Shown here: one piece after another, positions 31,531 through 43,143 of the stretch
Numbering within the stretch: position 1 is the first letter of the stretch
How the letters are laid out: each line of letters starts with the position of its first letter
NCBI GenBank assembly: GCA_963707005.1
Contig: CAVPPP010000046.1
Span: forward strand, 111,863 to 175,862
Direction of reading: 5' to 3'
DNA: 64,000 nt
Origin: an uncultured Actinomycetota bacterium
Lineage (GTDB): Bacteria; Actinomycetota; Actinomycetes; Propionibacteriales; Propionibacteriaceae
The notes under the pieces: model-generated
What the model was told of the DNA's origin: nothing
What the model saw: only the letters and a program-made list of their open reading frames with translations
The model's database searches: none
Translations under genes and position numbers: made by a program

Positions 31531-31741
31531 GGCGCCATGCTGCCAGCCAAGCGATTCGACGTGAGAATGCCTCCGGATTCGGCCACTGCCGCGACTCGTT
31601 CGCGCGTCGCCCGTATGGTCGGAGTCCGCGCCCGTAGAGAAGGTTCGCCTAGCATGTCTGTGCCCGCTGCGTCTCCGCCGCCGTCCGCTGTGACCCCGGA
31701 GGACGTTCTCGAAGCTTGCTTACACCTTCCCCGCTGCGGAC

Positions 31742-34409
31742 GTGCTGGCCGCCTGTGGGAGCAGCGAGCAGGGACTGCCCGTCGACGTCGCGTCGCGACG
31801 GCTGGTCGAGGTCGGGCCGAACGCGTTGCCGAGGGTCAAGGCGGAGTCACCTGCGCGGCGGTTCCTGCGGCAGATGGACGACGTCCTGATCTACATCCTG
31901 CTGGCCGCGGCGGCGCTCAAGGCGATCATCGGCGACTGGGTCGACTTCGGGGTGATCCTGGCGGTGGCGCTGCTCAACGGGGTGATCGGTTTCGTCCAGG
32001 AGGGCCGTGCGGAGAAGGCACTGGAGGGCATCGCCAAGATGCTGTCCAGCACTGCTGCCGTCCGCCGCGACGGGGACTGGCAGGAGGTGCCGGCCGAGGA
32101 GCTGGTGCCCGGCGACCTGATCCGGGTCCGCGCCGGTGATCGGGTCCCAGCCGATGCGAGGTTGATCGAAGCGGTCAACCTCCAGGTGGAGGAGTCGGCG
32201 CTGACCGGTGAGGCCGTCAGCTCGAGCAAGCGGGTCGATCCGGTGGCCGCCGACGCCGGGATCGGCGACCGGACCAGCATGCTCTTTTCCTCGACCATCG
32301 TTACCGCCGGTCAGGGGACGGCCGTCGTCACCGCGACCGGGTCCCAGGCCGAGATCGGTCGGATCCAGCAGCTGATGGCCGAGGTCGAGCAGTTGGACAC
32401 ACCACTCACCCGGCAGCTGGCCGTCTTCGGCAAGGTGATCGCCCTGGTCGTGCTGGTGATGGCGGTCGTGATGGTGGTCATCGGGCGGGTGCTGCACTCG
32501 TTCTCCGTGCCGGATCTGATCTCGGCGACGATCGGTTTCGCGGTGGCGGCCATTCCCGAGGGTCTGCCGGCCCTGGTCACCGTCACCCTCGCTCTCGGGG
32601 TCCAGCAGATGGCCAAGCAGCAGGCCATCGTCCGGCGGCTGCCGGTGGTCGAGGCGCTCGGCTCGGTCACCACCGTCTGCTCCGACAAGACCGGCACCCT
32701 GACGCGCAACGAGATGACCGCTCGACAGGTGGTGGTGGGCAGCGGCACGTACCAGGTGAGTGGCATCGGGTACGAGCCGGAGGGGCGGGTCGAGTGGGCC
32801 GGCAACCCGGCCGACATCCAGGCGACGCCGGATCTGGCCCTGCTGGTCACCGTGATGGCTGTGGCCAACGACGCCGACGTCGCGTACGTACCCGACGAGG
32901 ACGGCACCGGCGAGCACTGGCGGCTGCTGGGCGAGCCGACCGAGGGAGCGTTGCGCACCCTGGGGCTGAAGGCCGGCGTCGACCACCAGCGGTACGCCCG
33001 GCTGGCCGTGGTGCCGTTCGACTCCGAGTACAAGCTGATGGCCACCCTCAACGAAGGTCTGGACGGGTCCCGGATGGTGCTGGTCAAGGGTGCGCCGGAT
33101 CGGCTGCTCGACCGGTGCGCCACCCAGCTGAGCGAGGACGGCGGCTCGCGGCCGCTGGACCGGACGACCTGGGACCGTCGGATCGACGAGCTCGGTGGTC
33201 AGGGTCTCCGGGTGCTGGCCGCCGCCTGGCGACCGGCAGTCGCCGACAGCGAATCCCTCGGCCTGGCCGATCTGGATGCCGGCCTGGAGTTCGTCGGGGT
33301 GGTCGGCATCGCCGACCCGCCGCGGCCGGAGGCGATCAAGGCGATCGCGTCCTGCCACAGCGCCGGGATCCGGGTGAAGATGATCACCGGCGACCACGCC
33401 GGCACCGCGACGGCCATCGCCCGGGAGATGGGGATCATCGGTGCCGACGCGCCGCCCGCCGTCACCGGAGCCGAGCTGGAGCAGGCCACCGACGAACAGC
33501 TGAAGACGATCGTCGAGACCGCGGACGTCTTCGCTCGGACCAGTCCGGAGCACAAGCTGCGCCTGGTCCGGGCTTTGCAGCGCAACGGCGAGGTCGTCGC
33601 CATGACCGGCGACGGGGTCAACGACGCGCCCGCCCTGAAGCGGGCCGACATCGGCGTCGCCATGGGGATCAAGGGCACCGAGGCGACCAAGCAGGCGGCC
33701 GGCATGGTGCTGGCCGACGACAACTTCGCCACCATCGAGCGCGCGGTGCAGGAGGGGCGGCGGATCTACGACAACCTGCAGAAGTCGGTCGTCTTCCTGA
33801 TCCCGACCAACGGCGCCCAGTCCCTGGTCATCCTGGTCGCGGTGCTGCTCGGGTTGACGCTGCCGCTGGACCCGGTGCAGATCCTGTGGGTCAACCTGGT
33901 CACGGCGGTGACGCTGTCGCTGGCTCTCGCGTACGAGCCGGGCGAGCCGGACCTGATGGACCGACCGCCGCGGCCGGCGAAGAGCCACATCCTCGAGCCG
34001 ATGTACCTGCCGCCGATCGCCCTCGCCTCGCTGCTGATCGCGGGCGCCACGATCGGGATCTTCCTCTACGGACAGTCCCAGGGACTCGGGCTGGCGGTCA
34101 CCCAGACCATGGCCGTCAACACCCTGGTGCTGGCCCAGGTCACGTACCTGTTCAACGCCCGGCACCTGCGGGAGTCGAGCCTGAATCTGAGCTGCCCTGA
34201 CCGGCAACCCGATGGTCTGGATCGTGATCGCGGTGCTGCTCGGTCTCCAGGTCCTGTTCGTCTACCTGCCCTTCATGAACAGCTGGTTCAACTCCGCACC
34301 CGTCGGGCCCTCGGGCTGGTTGATCCCGCTGGGCTGCGCGGTGGTGGTCTTCTTGGTGCTGGAGGCCGGCAAGGCGGCCTTCCGCGCCGTCCAGCGGGCA
34401 CGCGCCTGA
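31742..34409 (+). pseudogene. cation (Ca2+-type) P-type ATPase, +1 frameshift near C-terminus
   Basis: Motifs [28 protein letters not shown], and the 10-TM layout. At ~34189 the frame breaks after LRESSLNL. The last TM (ALTGNPMVWIVIAVLLGLQVLFVYLPF...) continues in frame +1 (34191..34409), consistent with one inserted base. The only in-frame start is the GTG at 31742. Confidence 0.85.
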
Positions 34410-34592
34410 CACCATCCCCTGACTTCCGGGGGTGCTGCAGGCGCCACCGCTCGTCGTGTCGGCGCGTTGTGACAACTTCTTCGATCGGCAAAGGGTTTCC
34501 GGCACTTCGCAGTTGAGCCGATGGGTCGGTTCTGAAGAGCCGGTTTTCCGATGTTCCATGCCACGCGAATCAGTGCGCTCTATCCGGTTGCG

Positions 34593-35048
34593 TCAAGGCG
34601 AACTGACGGGCCATGCCGCCGACAGCCGGTGACGGATAGTCCACTCCATTCGCCCCTTCGCCCACTCGGAGAGGTCACTGTCAAACACCACAACATTGAC
34701 CGCAAGAACGCTCAACCCAGTGGACTGGAGTGCGTGTAGCAATTGACGCGGTTCAGTGGCAAAGGAGGCGTGGACCAGCATACGGTTCCCGCGGGGGATC
34801 CCTACGTCGAGGTAACTGTTTGTGAGACTAATGTCCCATCCAAGTAGACGCTCGGTGAAAGCCTGGCCCAGCACAGCACCCACTGCGAGCCTGGCTGCCG
34901 TCACAACCGGAGAGGTCGCCTCCGTGGCCTCGCCGAGGTCCACTCTGACCGTGGCCGCACCAAGCTCAGCATCAACCTGCAACAGCCGAACGGCCGATTT
35001 TGCACCGTAACCAGTCCCTTGCCGCCTTCGCGACATTGTCGTACTCAA
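34593..35048 (-). CDS. hypothetical protein in low-GC patch
   Basis: 151-aa ORF inside a ~55-58% GC segment (34.43-35.40 kb). No recognisable domain. Confidence 0.3.
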   Translation of the reverse strand: MSTTMSRRRQGTGYGAKSAVRLLQVDAELGAATVRVDLGEATEATSPVVTAARLAVGAVLGQAFTERLLGWDISLTNSYLDVGIPRGNRMLVHASFATEPRQLLHALQSTGLSVLAVNVVVFDSDLSEWAKGRMEWTIRHRLSAAWPVSSP

Positions 35049-35439
35049 TTCATCATCCTTCCAAGAATGTGAAGCGCTTTCCGGAGGTCCTAGGGTCGCC
35101 CTTCAAAGAGGTGACGTGACCGTTCCGGGTCAGGCCCATCCAAACGCGAGGGCCGCAATGAACTAACCGTACCCCGAGTGACGCGACCCTGACATTACTG
35201 AGGCGGGCCAACTTCAGGGCGCTCGATTGCCGGCTCCCGGCAAACAGCAAACAGGCTTGACGCACCAGGGGCGAGCCGGGGCTAGGATCCCGTCCAATTC
35301 GCGACGGCCCCAGGGCTGGTTAGTTCCAGCCGACGTCTGTTTTGGCATCATCGAAACCCCAAGACATCCACCGCGGCATCTTCTCCGTACGGGCTGACGA
35401 TCAAGTTGAGGTCCTTTACGAAGATTTGGAACCGCAGGC

Positions 35440-35560
35440 ACCGCGGCGAGATCCTCGAAACCTCCGCGGGTCAGCCCTCGGATTCCGCAACCTCACCAAC
35501 GATGTGCCGCTGTCTACTCGAGGCCGGCGGATTCAGACCCCGACTACACCCTCACCCGAA
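35440..35560 (+). mobile_element. ISL3-family IS right-end remnant
   Basis: Encodes ...GSALGFRNLTN / RCLLEAGGFRPRLHP. Near-identical at DNA level to the 3' end of the ISL3 transposase at 50226-50330. Confidence 0.6.
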
Positions 35561-36319
35561 AGTCCTTACGACCGTAGCCCGGCAAACCGCGCAGGTGTGG
35601 CTTCAGGTCGTGGTGATGAGGATCCCTTCCTTGTTGGTCGTGATCTGGCAGCCGGCGTCGCGGAGTCGTTGCAACGCGGTCTTGATCGTGGCACCCGGTC
35701 GCCTTTTGTCGTAGTAGTCGCGCACCGCGGTCGTGATAGGGCTGGCCTGTTGTCAACAGATGCCAGCACAGCTCCAAGATGGTGCGTGACAGCGCGACCA
35801 GCGCTCGACGGTGGCCACGACGAGCCCTGACCCGCCGGTAACGGGCGGAGAGGAACGACCTCTTCTGCCGAGCAGCCCCATGGCGACGATGCCCAACGTT
35901 CCCTTCAGGTAAGCGTTCCCGGGTCGGCACCGGGTGGACTTGACCTTGCCTAGCCGACTCATGGGCTCCTGGGGCCAGCCCAGCCCAGGAGGCCAGCCGA
36001 CCGGGCTGGCGAACACCGTCATGTCGGTGCCGATCTCGGCGAGGATGTGTTCAGCCCCGATCAACGAGCTCCCAGGGATCGTCACCAACAGCTCCCGCGC
36101 CCGCTGCAGGCTGGGCCCCCGCCCAGGTGCGGACCGATCCGGGCCGAAGTAGGTCTCGATCCGTGCGGCAAGATCGGCAATCCGGGCGTTATAGCTGTCG
36201 ATCAAGTCCAGATGCAACTTGGCCAGGAAGCCGTGGTGATCGTTGAACCGGCCGGTCAGCGCCTCGGCCAGCTCTGCTCGGCTGGCCTTTAACAAGCCAT
36301 GACCCAACCCGGCCAGCAC
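35544..36319 (-). mobile_element. IS110-family transposase remnant (5'-truncated, frameshifted)
   Basis: RFNDHHGFLAKLHLDLIDSYNARIADLAARIE...TIPGSSLIGAEHILAEIGTDMTVFAS and the C-terminal ...TILELCWHLLTTGQPY lie in different frames. The N-terminal catalytic part is missing at the junction with the dadA duplicate. Confidence 0.65.
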
Positions 36320-36328
36320 CTCAGGATC

Positions 36329-36913
36329 AGTGCGACGGTCTCACGGCTTCAGGACATTGGCTCCGCGGTGGTCGTATCTACCGCCGAGGGTTCGGTCGAG
36401 CAGTTCGATGCCGCGGTCATCGCGACCGGCGCCTGGCTCGGCGAGCTCGCCCGCCCGTTCGGGGTGCGGAACGTCGTTCAAGCGGGCCGGGGGTACTCGT
36501 TCTCGGTCGCCATCGACCAGGTCCCGGACAGTCCGCTGTACTTCCCTGCGCAGCGGATTGCCTGCACGCCCATCGGGGACCGGCTGCGTATCGCCGGGAT
36601 GATGGAGTTCCGCAAGCCGGAGGCGCCGCTGGATCACCGCCGGGTGCAGGCGATCGCCGACGCCGCCCGTCCGCTGCTGCATGGCATCGACATTGCTGAC
36701 CGGCAGGACGAATGGGTGGGCTCCCGTCCGTGCACGGTCGACGGTCTGCCACTGATCGGAGCCACCGGAAGCCCTCGGGTCTATGTCGCAGGTGGGCACG
36801 GTATGTGGGGCATCACCCACGGCCCGGTCACCGGCCGACTCCTCGCCGAGATGATGATGACGGGCAAGCAACCCGAACACATCAGACCCTTCGACCCTCT
36901 GCGGCGGAACTGA
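36329..36913 (+). pseudogene. 3' fragment duplicate of dadA-like oxidoreductase
   Basis: Nucleotides 36329-36952 are over 90% identical to 29122-29746 and encode the last ~195 aa of the 28442..29707 protein. Confidence 0.8.
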
Positions 36914-36952
36914 TTCACGCATTCGAGCCGCCGGGTCGTTGTCGGTCAGTCG
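36329..36952. repeat. segmental duplicate of 29122..29746
   Basis: About 625 bp and over 90% identical. Covers the dadA-like 3' end plus ~40 bp past the stop. Confidence 0.8.
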
Positions 36953-37440
36953 AACAGCTCGGGCTCGGGCTCTCAAGGCGACCCGGAGGCGTGACACCCG
37001 ACCGTCACGACCCGTCGGGGGCTGGAGTGTCGCTCGGGAATGACGGTGCTTCTGGCTTCGTCCGGCGTGAGGACGGTTGGTGTCGGTTGGGCCATTTCGC
37101 GGGCCACGACGATCTGCCATCACACCCCGATCATCGCTGCCAGGACGAGCGGGTCGACCGCCACCAAGGGCATTGACGAGTACGCGCAGCGGCTATGCGC
37201 TGAGATGTGGAGACTGTCGGTGGCAGACAGGAACTGGCGGAGCGGAGGGTCAACGCGAGGTGCGTCCCAGAGGCGGCTCGTCTAGCAGCCTGCGCTGTTG
37301 CAGATGCCGATTTTCCCTCGTACCGATGTGCTGACCGGGCGGGGATGTCGCTTCTGTTGGTCCGCTGGAAGGATGCACGGATGGACGGCCGTCATTGTCG
37401 GCTTACCCTGTCTGCAGGCTGTCGTTTCGGAAGGGGCCCG

Positions 37441-38080
37441 ATGACCAGTCCGACGCGAGGCGACCATGGGTCGCCCGACGACGGGCGTGTCACGCCTGCG
37501 GCCGTCCGCGAGTCGGCGCCCCAGGGCAGTCCTCGCCGTCGGTTGCAGTGGCGCCTGGGCGTGGTGACGGCGGTCGTCTGGGTGCTGCTGTGGGGTGATC
37601 TGTCGCTGGCTAACTTGGTGTCGGGTTTCCTGCTGGGCCTGCTCATCGCTTGGCTCTTTCCGCTGCCTCCGATCGCCTTCCACGGTCGGGTCCGTATCTG
37701 GCCGTGTGTCAAGCTGGTGGCGATTTTGCTGTTCGACCTCGTGCGGTCCAGCTTTGCGGTGGCGGCGCAGGCTTTCCACTTTGGTCACACTCTGACAGAA
37801 TGCCGTCGTCCGGGTGCAGTTGCGTACCCACTCCGACCTCTATCTCACGCTCACCTCTGAGATATGCACCCTGGCGCCAGGCAGCCTGGTGATGGAGGCT
37901 CGGCCCAAGGAGTCAGTGCTGTACCTGCACGTGATGGACGTTCGTTCCGACGCCGACATCGTGGCCGCTCGCCGCAAGGTGTTGCAGACCGAGGAGCGGG
38001 TGGTCCGCGCCATCGGGTCCGACGCCGAGGTCGCGGCACTGCTCCGGGCATCAGCGCTGGACCCCGAGGTCGGTCGATGA
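37441..38080 (+). pseudogene. mrpE: Na+/H+ antiporter subunit E (MrpE/MnhE), frameshifted
   Basis: LWGDLSLANLVSGFLLGLLIAWLFPLPP...LFDLVRSSFAVAAQAF, then a frame switch at ~37795 to ...LTLTSEICTLAPGSLVMEARPKESVLYLHVMDV (the conserved MrpE TLTPGT-like end). Confidence 0.6.
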
Positions 38081-38851
38081 CCGTCTGGCCGCCCATTGAC
38101 GATCGCCTTCATGTTCCTTTCCGCAGCCTCGGTGCTCACCGTGCCACGCAGGTGCTCGCGGATTTTCCCTGCTGGACCGCACGTTCGACACCACCGTCAC
38201 CGTGGCCGGTGGCGATGGCCACGCTAGCAACGCAAGCCACCGAGTTGCCGATGCTTCCGGTGCTGCCTCTGCTCGGCTCGTCCGGATGGCCCGGTTCCCG
38301 GCCTTTCACGCTCTCGCGGCGCACGTCGTTTCGACCCCGGATCCGTCACTTCTTCACTCAGCGGAACGTCGTCGTGAACCCTGTCCTTGACATCCTCGGG
38401 GCGCTGTTCCTGCCTGCTTGGCGCGATGTCGTGCTTCGCGGCCTCGGTGGGCTTCTGCGTTTTCCCGACGCCCCCACTCGGATGCATGCGGCCACCAAGC
38501 CGCAGACCCTGGGCCTACTCTGCGCAACCGTTGGGCCGGCACTCTCGCTGCAGAACTTCCAGGCGATCGGCCTCCTCGTGTTCGATCATTGTTCTGGAAC
38601 TGGCCACCTCGCCGGTATCGGCACACATGGTGGGCCGCACGGCCTACCGCACCGGTCAGATCCGCAGGGAGCTGTTGTACGAGGACGATTTAGCCGACGA
38701 TCTCACCGCTGCCGGATTCCGACTGAGCAGCGACGAGAACGACGACGGCTCCCTCGACGAGCCACCCGACGGCGACCGTCCATCTGCGGCGCCCGATGCC
38801 CGACCGCCGACCACCGACCCTGGTCCCGAAGCGGGAGACTCTGAGCCGTAG
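38077..38851 (+). pseudogene. mrpG: mrpF/mrpG remnant (multiple frameshifts)
   Basis: MrpG signatures GLGGLLRFPDAPTRMHAATKPQTLG and, in another frame, ELATSPVSAHMVGRTAYRTG (switch at ~38590). The 38080-38370 stretch carries MrpF-like pieces scattered over three frames. No mrpA-D upstream. Confidence 0.5.
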
Positions 38852-39127
38852 GGCAGGGGAGCCCGACGCGAGCGTCTGACATTGACGGCCGCGGCACTTG
38901 GACACTGTCGGCGCGCACTCGTGGGTCGGGCGGCGACCTCGCGTGCGGAAGCGGGCGTCTGCTGGCACCAGCAGCACGCTCAAGCTCACGAGAACCAACG
39001 TCCAGCGAACCTCAGCAAAACACACCGCTGGCAGCGAGCACGTCGAAGACGCCAAGGCCTCGCTACGCCGACCTCGTGGCTAGAGTCGGGGTCGAGTCGG
39101 CCTCCACCGGCCACGATCGGATTCGAC

Positions 39128-40268
39128 ATGACTGATCACATTCCCGATGAGGTCTCACCGGCCGGTCGGGATCTGCGTGCCTACACCGATGAGCTTCGGC
39201 CTCAGCACCCGGTGGTGCGCAACGACCGTGGGGAATGGGTTGTGCTGCGGCATGACTTGGTGCGGCGCGTGGCGCTCGATGATCTGAGCTTCTCGAACGG
39301 GGTGTCCCGGTTCCTGCAGGTGCCCAACGGGCTGGACGGGTCGATGCACACCGCGTTCCGGGAGGCGTTGGACCCGTTCCTGGCTCCGGCGGCGCTGGCG
39401 CCGCACCGAGCCGGGTTCGAACGGATCGCCGCCGGACTGGTGAGGTCCCTGCCGCGGGGCGCCTCGGTGGAGGCGGTCGGGGAGATCGGCGCCGCCTTCG
39501 CGGTCCGCGCGCAGAGTGTCTGGCTGGGTTGGCCCTCCGAGCTGGAGGGGCGGCTGCTGGCGTGGATCATGGACAACCACGCGGCCACCCGCTCCGGGGA
39601 CCGGGTGCGTACCGCCCAGGTGGCCGAAGAGTTCGACGAGATCATCCGGTCGGTGCTGGCGCAGCGGCGCGCCACCACCCTGATCGATGTCACCGGCGAG
39701 CTGCTTCGGGTCCGTGTGCACGGGCGCGAGCTCGTCGACGCCGAGATCGTGTCGGTGCTGCGGAACTGGACCGGCGGCGACCTCGGCTCCATCGCGTTGT
39801 GCGTTGGGGTGCTGGTGCATCACCTGGCCAGCCGTCCCGAGCTTCCAGTCGCGGCTGCGCGAGGGCGTCCCGGACACCGAGCTGGACCTGATCATCGACG
39901 AGGTGTTACGGATCGACGACCCGTTCGTGAGCAATCGCCGGGTGACCACCGCTGCGGTGGACCTCGGTGGGGTCCGGCTGCCGGCAGGAGCGCCGGTCAA
40001 GCTCCACTGGACCTCAGCGAACCGCGACGAATGTGTGTTCGGCGACCCCGACGCCTTCGACCCGGCCGGTCACGCGGGGGACAACCTGGTCTACGGGATC
40101 GGACGCCATGCCTGCCCCGGCCGGCTGCTCGCCACCCTGGAGCTGCGCATCGCGGTCCGGGCGCTGCTGACGGGCACGACGAGCATCACGCTCGACCCCG
40201 ACCGGCGAGCCGAGCGGGAGGTGGCCCCGGTCGGCGGCTGGGCCCGCGTGCCGGTGCTCCTGGACTGA
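39128..40268 (+). pseudogene. cytochrome P450, frameshifted
   Basis: The N-terminal P450 fold runs to VLVHHLASRPEL. A frame switch at ~39850 leads to QSRLREGVPDTELDLIIDEVLRIDDPF...FGIGRHACPGRLLATLELRIAVRALL (heme-binding loop) in the second frame. Confidence 0.75.
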
Positions 40269-40322
40269 CCCCGACCAGAGACTGGAGTCATCGTAGGAAC
40301 GGTGGACGCGTCCCGGACTCGG

Positions 40323-40655
40323 TCATGAGCTGAGGCGTACGGTCAGCAAGATCGCGGAGCGTTCCACAGCGGTCAGCGCGTGCCGAGCCGGTGGAATCGC
40401 GACCAGGTCGCCGGTAGTGCCCTCCCAGGCGTCGTCGCCGGCGGTGAGACGGACGCGGCCGGTCAGCACCTGCAACGTGGCCTCGCCCGGACTCTCGTGC
40501 TCCGCCAGCTCATGTCCCGCCGCCAAAGCGATCACCGTCTGCCGCAGCACCCGATCGTGACCGCCGTAGACGGTCTGTGCCGCACGACCGCTATGGGTGT
40601 TCTCTGCTTGGGTCAGCAGCTGTTCGGCCACCTCCGTCAGTGAGCTTGCCTTCAT
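40323..40655 (-). CDS. cupin domain protein
   Basis: RVLRQTVIALAAGHELAEHESPGEATLQVLTGRVRL is a cupin beta-barrel motif. Confidence 0.55.
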   Translation of the reverse strand: MKASSLTEVAEQLLTQAENTHSGRAAQTVYGGHDRVLRQTVIALAAGHELAEHESPGEATLQVLTGRVRLTAGDDAWEGTTGDLVAIPPARHALTAVERSAILLTVRLSS

Positions 40656-41261
40656 CACTTCTCCTTCCTGAAGTTCCAGAGGCATCCTTGGCCCACGAGC
40701 CGCACCGTCTTGCGACGGCGGTGCGCCTGCTGGCCCCTCGGCGACGACGGCAGGCGTTGGACGTCTGACGTGGCACCACTGCGACGACTGTATGGCGCTC
40801 CTGCTCTGCGCCCCCGCCCGGCACCCGTCACGTCATCGGGGCGTCCGGTGTCCAGGCGTTGAGTGGCGACACCTTGATGGTGACGCTACGGGATCGGCTT
40901 GCCCGTTGACTGTCCGATGCCTAGCCATCCTGGCCGGCTGGCCGCTGGGAAGACATCTCGGCCCGTCCTGCGACGTTTCTGACCGCTCTGCCCGGGCCGA
41001 CCAGGATCTGAGCGGCGCCCGGCCAGACGACGGTCGCGCCCACGAACTGCGGCAGCAGCGCGAGCACAACAGGACCACCTCGGGTGAGTCCACGGATGCT
41101 GAAGCCTTGACTGCCCACTGGGCCGCTGGCAAGCCCACCCCGTCGACTTCCGGTGTGACGGTTGCGTCAGCGGGATCCGCGGTCCGGTGGCGCACGTTCG
41201 AACAGGCCGCCGGCGGACGGCTCGGGTCCAGCGCTCGTTGAGAGGCATCGCACCGGCTGTG

Positions 41262-41304
41262 GGTCGACCTGCTTCGACCGCTGGTCTAGACTGATGGTCT
41301 AAAC
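41262..41304. promoter_or_regulatory. paired palindromes upstream of FAD monooxygenase (GGTCGAcctgctTCGACC; TAGACtgatgGTCTA)
   Basis: Two inverted repeats within 70 bp of the monooxygenase start. The GGTCTARAC element is also a direct repeat. Candidate operator for the downstream TetR. Confidence 0.35.
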
Positions 41305-41328
41305 AGTCGATGGGGAGGGGTGAGTGGG

Positions 41329-42507
41329 GTGAAGGTGTTGATTGTGGGCGCGGGGGTTGCTGGACCGACGCTCGCTTACTGGCTACAGCAGGCTGGACAT
41401 CAGCCCACGTTGGTGGAGCGTGCGTCGGGGTTGCGGCGCGGTGGCTATCTGGTCGACTTCTGGGGCGCGGGGTTCGACGTGGCCGAGCGGATGGGAATCG
41501 TGCCCGAGCTGCGCCGGCATGGGTATGTGATGGCTGAGGCGCGGACTGTCGGCAGTGACGGTCGGCTGATCGCAGCGTTGAAACCGTCGGCAATCATGGG
41601 CCCGACCGAGCGGTACGTCAGCATCGCCCGTGCTGATCTGGCCACAGCCATCTACGGTGCGCTGGAGGGCGGAGCCGAGTTGATCTTGGATGACACGGTG
41701 TGTGCGCTGGACGATGACGGCGATCGGGTGCGGGTCAGCTTCGCGACCGGTCAGTGTCGCGATTTCGATCTCGTGGTGGGCGCGGATGGGCTCCACTCAC
41801 AGGTCCGTCGTCTGGTGTTCGGGCCTGACCAGGAGTTCGAGCGGTACCAGAACATGGTCGTTGCCGTGTTCGACGTCACGGGATACCGCCCGCGTGAGGA
41901 GCTGGTGGCCATGATGTACGCGGAGAAGGGCTTTCAAGCGGTGCGTGTCTCGCTACGCAACGACGTGACCATGGTGATCTTCACGGTCCGACACGACGCC
42001 GCCGTTCCCCTCGACAGTGTTGGTGCCCAGCAGACGTTGCTGCGTGAGCGGCTCAGCGGCGCTGGTTGGGAGACACAGGCGCTGCTCGAGGCGATGCCAC
42101 GGGCCGAGACCTTCTACTTCGACGCGGTCAGCCAGATCCAGATGCCGGCCTGGACGCGCGGCCGGGTCGCCCTGGTCGGGGATGCGGCGGCATGTCCCTC
42201 GCTGTTGGCCGGCCAGGGGTCGGCGCTGGCGATGGTCGAGTCGTACGTGCTCGCTGCCGAGCTCGCGCAAGCCGACGGTGACCATGAGCAGGCATTCGCC
42301 CGCTACCAGGCCAGGCTGGCACCGTTCCTACACTCCAAGCAGGCCGCCGCCAGGGGGTTGGCGCTGGCGTTCGCGCCGCGCAATAGGCTCCAGCTCCTGA
42401 TGCGGAACACGGTGATGAGATTGATGGGAGTGCCAAGAATGGCTGATCTGGCGATGGGCAGGAGCTTTCACGACGCCGTCGAGCTACCGACCTTCAACCC
42501 CGCCTGA
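41329..42507 (+). CDS. FAD-dependent monooxygenase
   Basis: MKVLIVGAGVAGPTLAYWL...DLVVGADGLHSQVRR...GDAAACPSLLAGQGSALAM are the three classical flavin monooxygenase motifs. GGGGAGGGG RBS. Confidence 0.8.
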   Translation: MKVLIVGAGVAGPTLAYWLQQAGHQPTLVERASGLRRGGYLVDFWGAGFDVAERMGIVPELRRHGYVMAEARTVGSDGRLIAALKPSAIMGPTERYVSIARADLATAIYGALEGGAELILDDTVCALDDDGDRVRVSFATGQCRDFDLVVGADGLHSQVRRLVFGPDQEFERYQNMVVAVFDVTGYRPREELVAMMYAEKGFQAVRVSLRNDVTMVIFTVRHDAAVPLDSVGAQQTLLRERLSGAGWETQALLEAMPRAETFYFDAVSQIQMPAWTRGRVALVGDAAACPSLLAGQGSALAMVESYVLAAELAQADGDHEQAFARYQARLAPFLHSKQAAARGLALAFAPRNRLQLLMRNTVMRLMGVPRMADLAMGRSFHDAVELPTFNPA

Positions 42508-42522
42508 GAACGGGTCGGCTCC

Positions 42523-43143
42523 ATGGTGCGACCTCGATTCGCCAAGCTCCCCCCAACGCAGCAGCAGAGGATTCTCGCAGTCGCCTTGGAGGAGTTCGCT
42601 GCCCACGGGTTCCACGACGCCTCGCTGAACCGGGTGATCGAGTCGGCCGGGATCTCGAAAGGCTCGATGTACTACTACTTCGACGGCAAGGACGATCTGT
42701 ACGCACATGTTGTGCGCGTGCAACTCGAGGCGATGTTCGCCCGCGTGGGTCACCTTCGACCTGCCGGTCACCGACGACCCGAACGCGTTCTGGTCGGCGC
42801 TGGCCCACTACTACCTGCAGCTCATGACGGCCCTGGAAGCAGACCCCCAGCTGTCGGCGCTGCTCCGAGGGCTGGATCGCGGCGGTGACGACGCCAGCGA
42901 TGCAGCAGCTCCAGCAGGGAATGGAACAGGCGGTGTTGCCGTGGATGGACCGAGTCCTCACTGAGGGGCAGCGGATCGGCGCGGTCCGGGCCGACCTGCC
43001 CACCAGCCTGCTGCTCGCCATTGCCGCCGGAATGGGCCAGGCCATGGACACCTGGCTGCTGACCCACGCATCCGCTTCCTCTGACCTCTCTACGCTGATC
43101 AGCGCATTCGTCGGCATGATCCGCAGCGCATTGGAACCCTGAA
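42523..43143 (+). pseudogene. TetR family regulator, two frameshifts
   Basis: The TetR HTH (LNRVIESAGISKGSMYYYFDGKDDLY) is in frame 1. The ligand-domain helices continue in 42707..42964 and then 42885..43142. The whole span is TetR-sized (207 aa) but split across three frames. Confidence 0.6.

Noticed and set aside
31681-31745. Possible extra frameshift at the P-type ATPase N-terminus (TPEDVLEA... in one frame versus FPAADVLAACG... in the other)
   Set aside because: Only the second frame continues into the conserved ATPase body, and a GTG at 31742 provides a start. The first-frame similarity is probably coincidental, so the 5' end is treated as intact.
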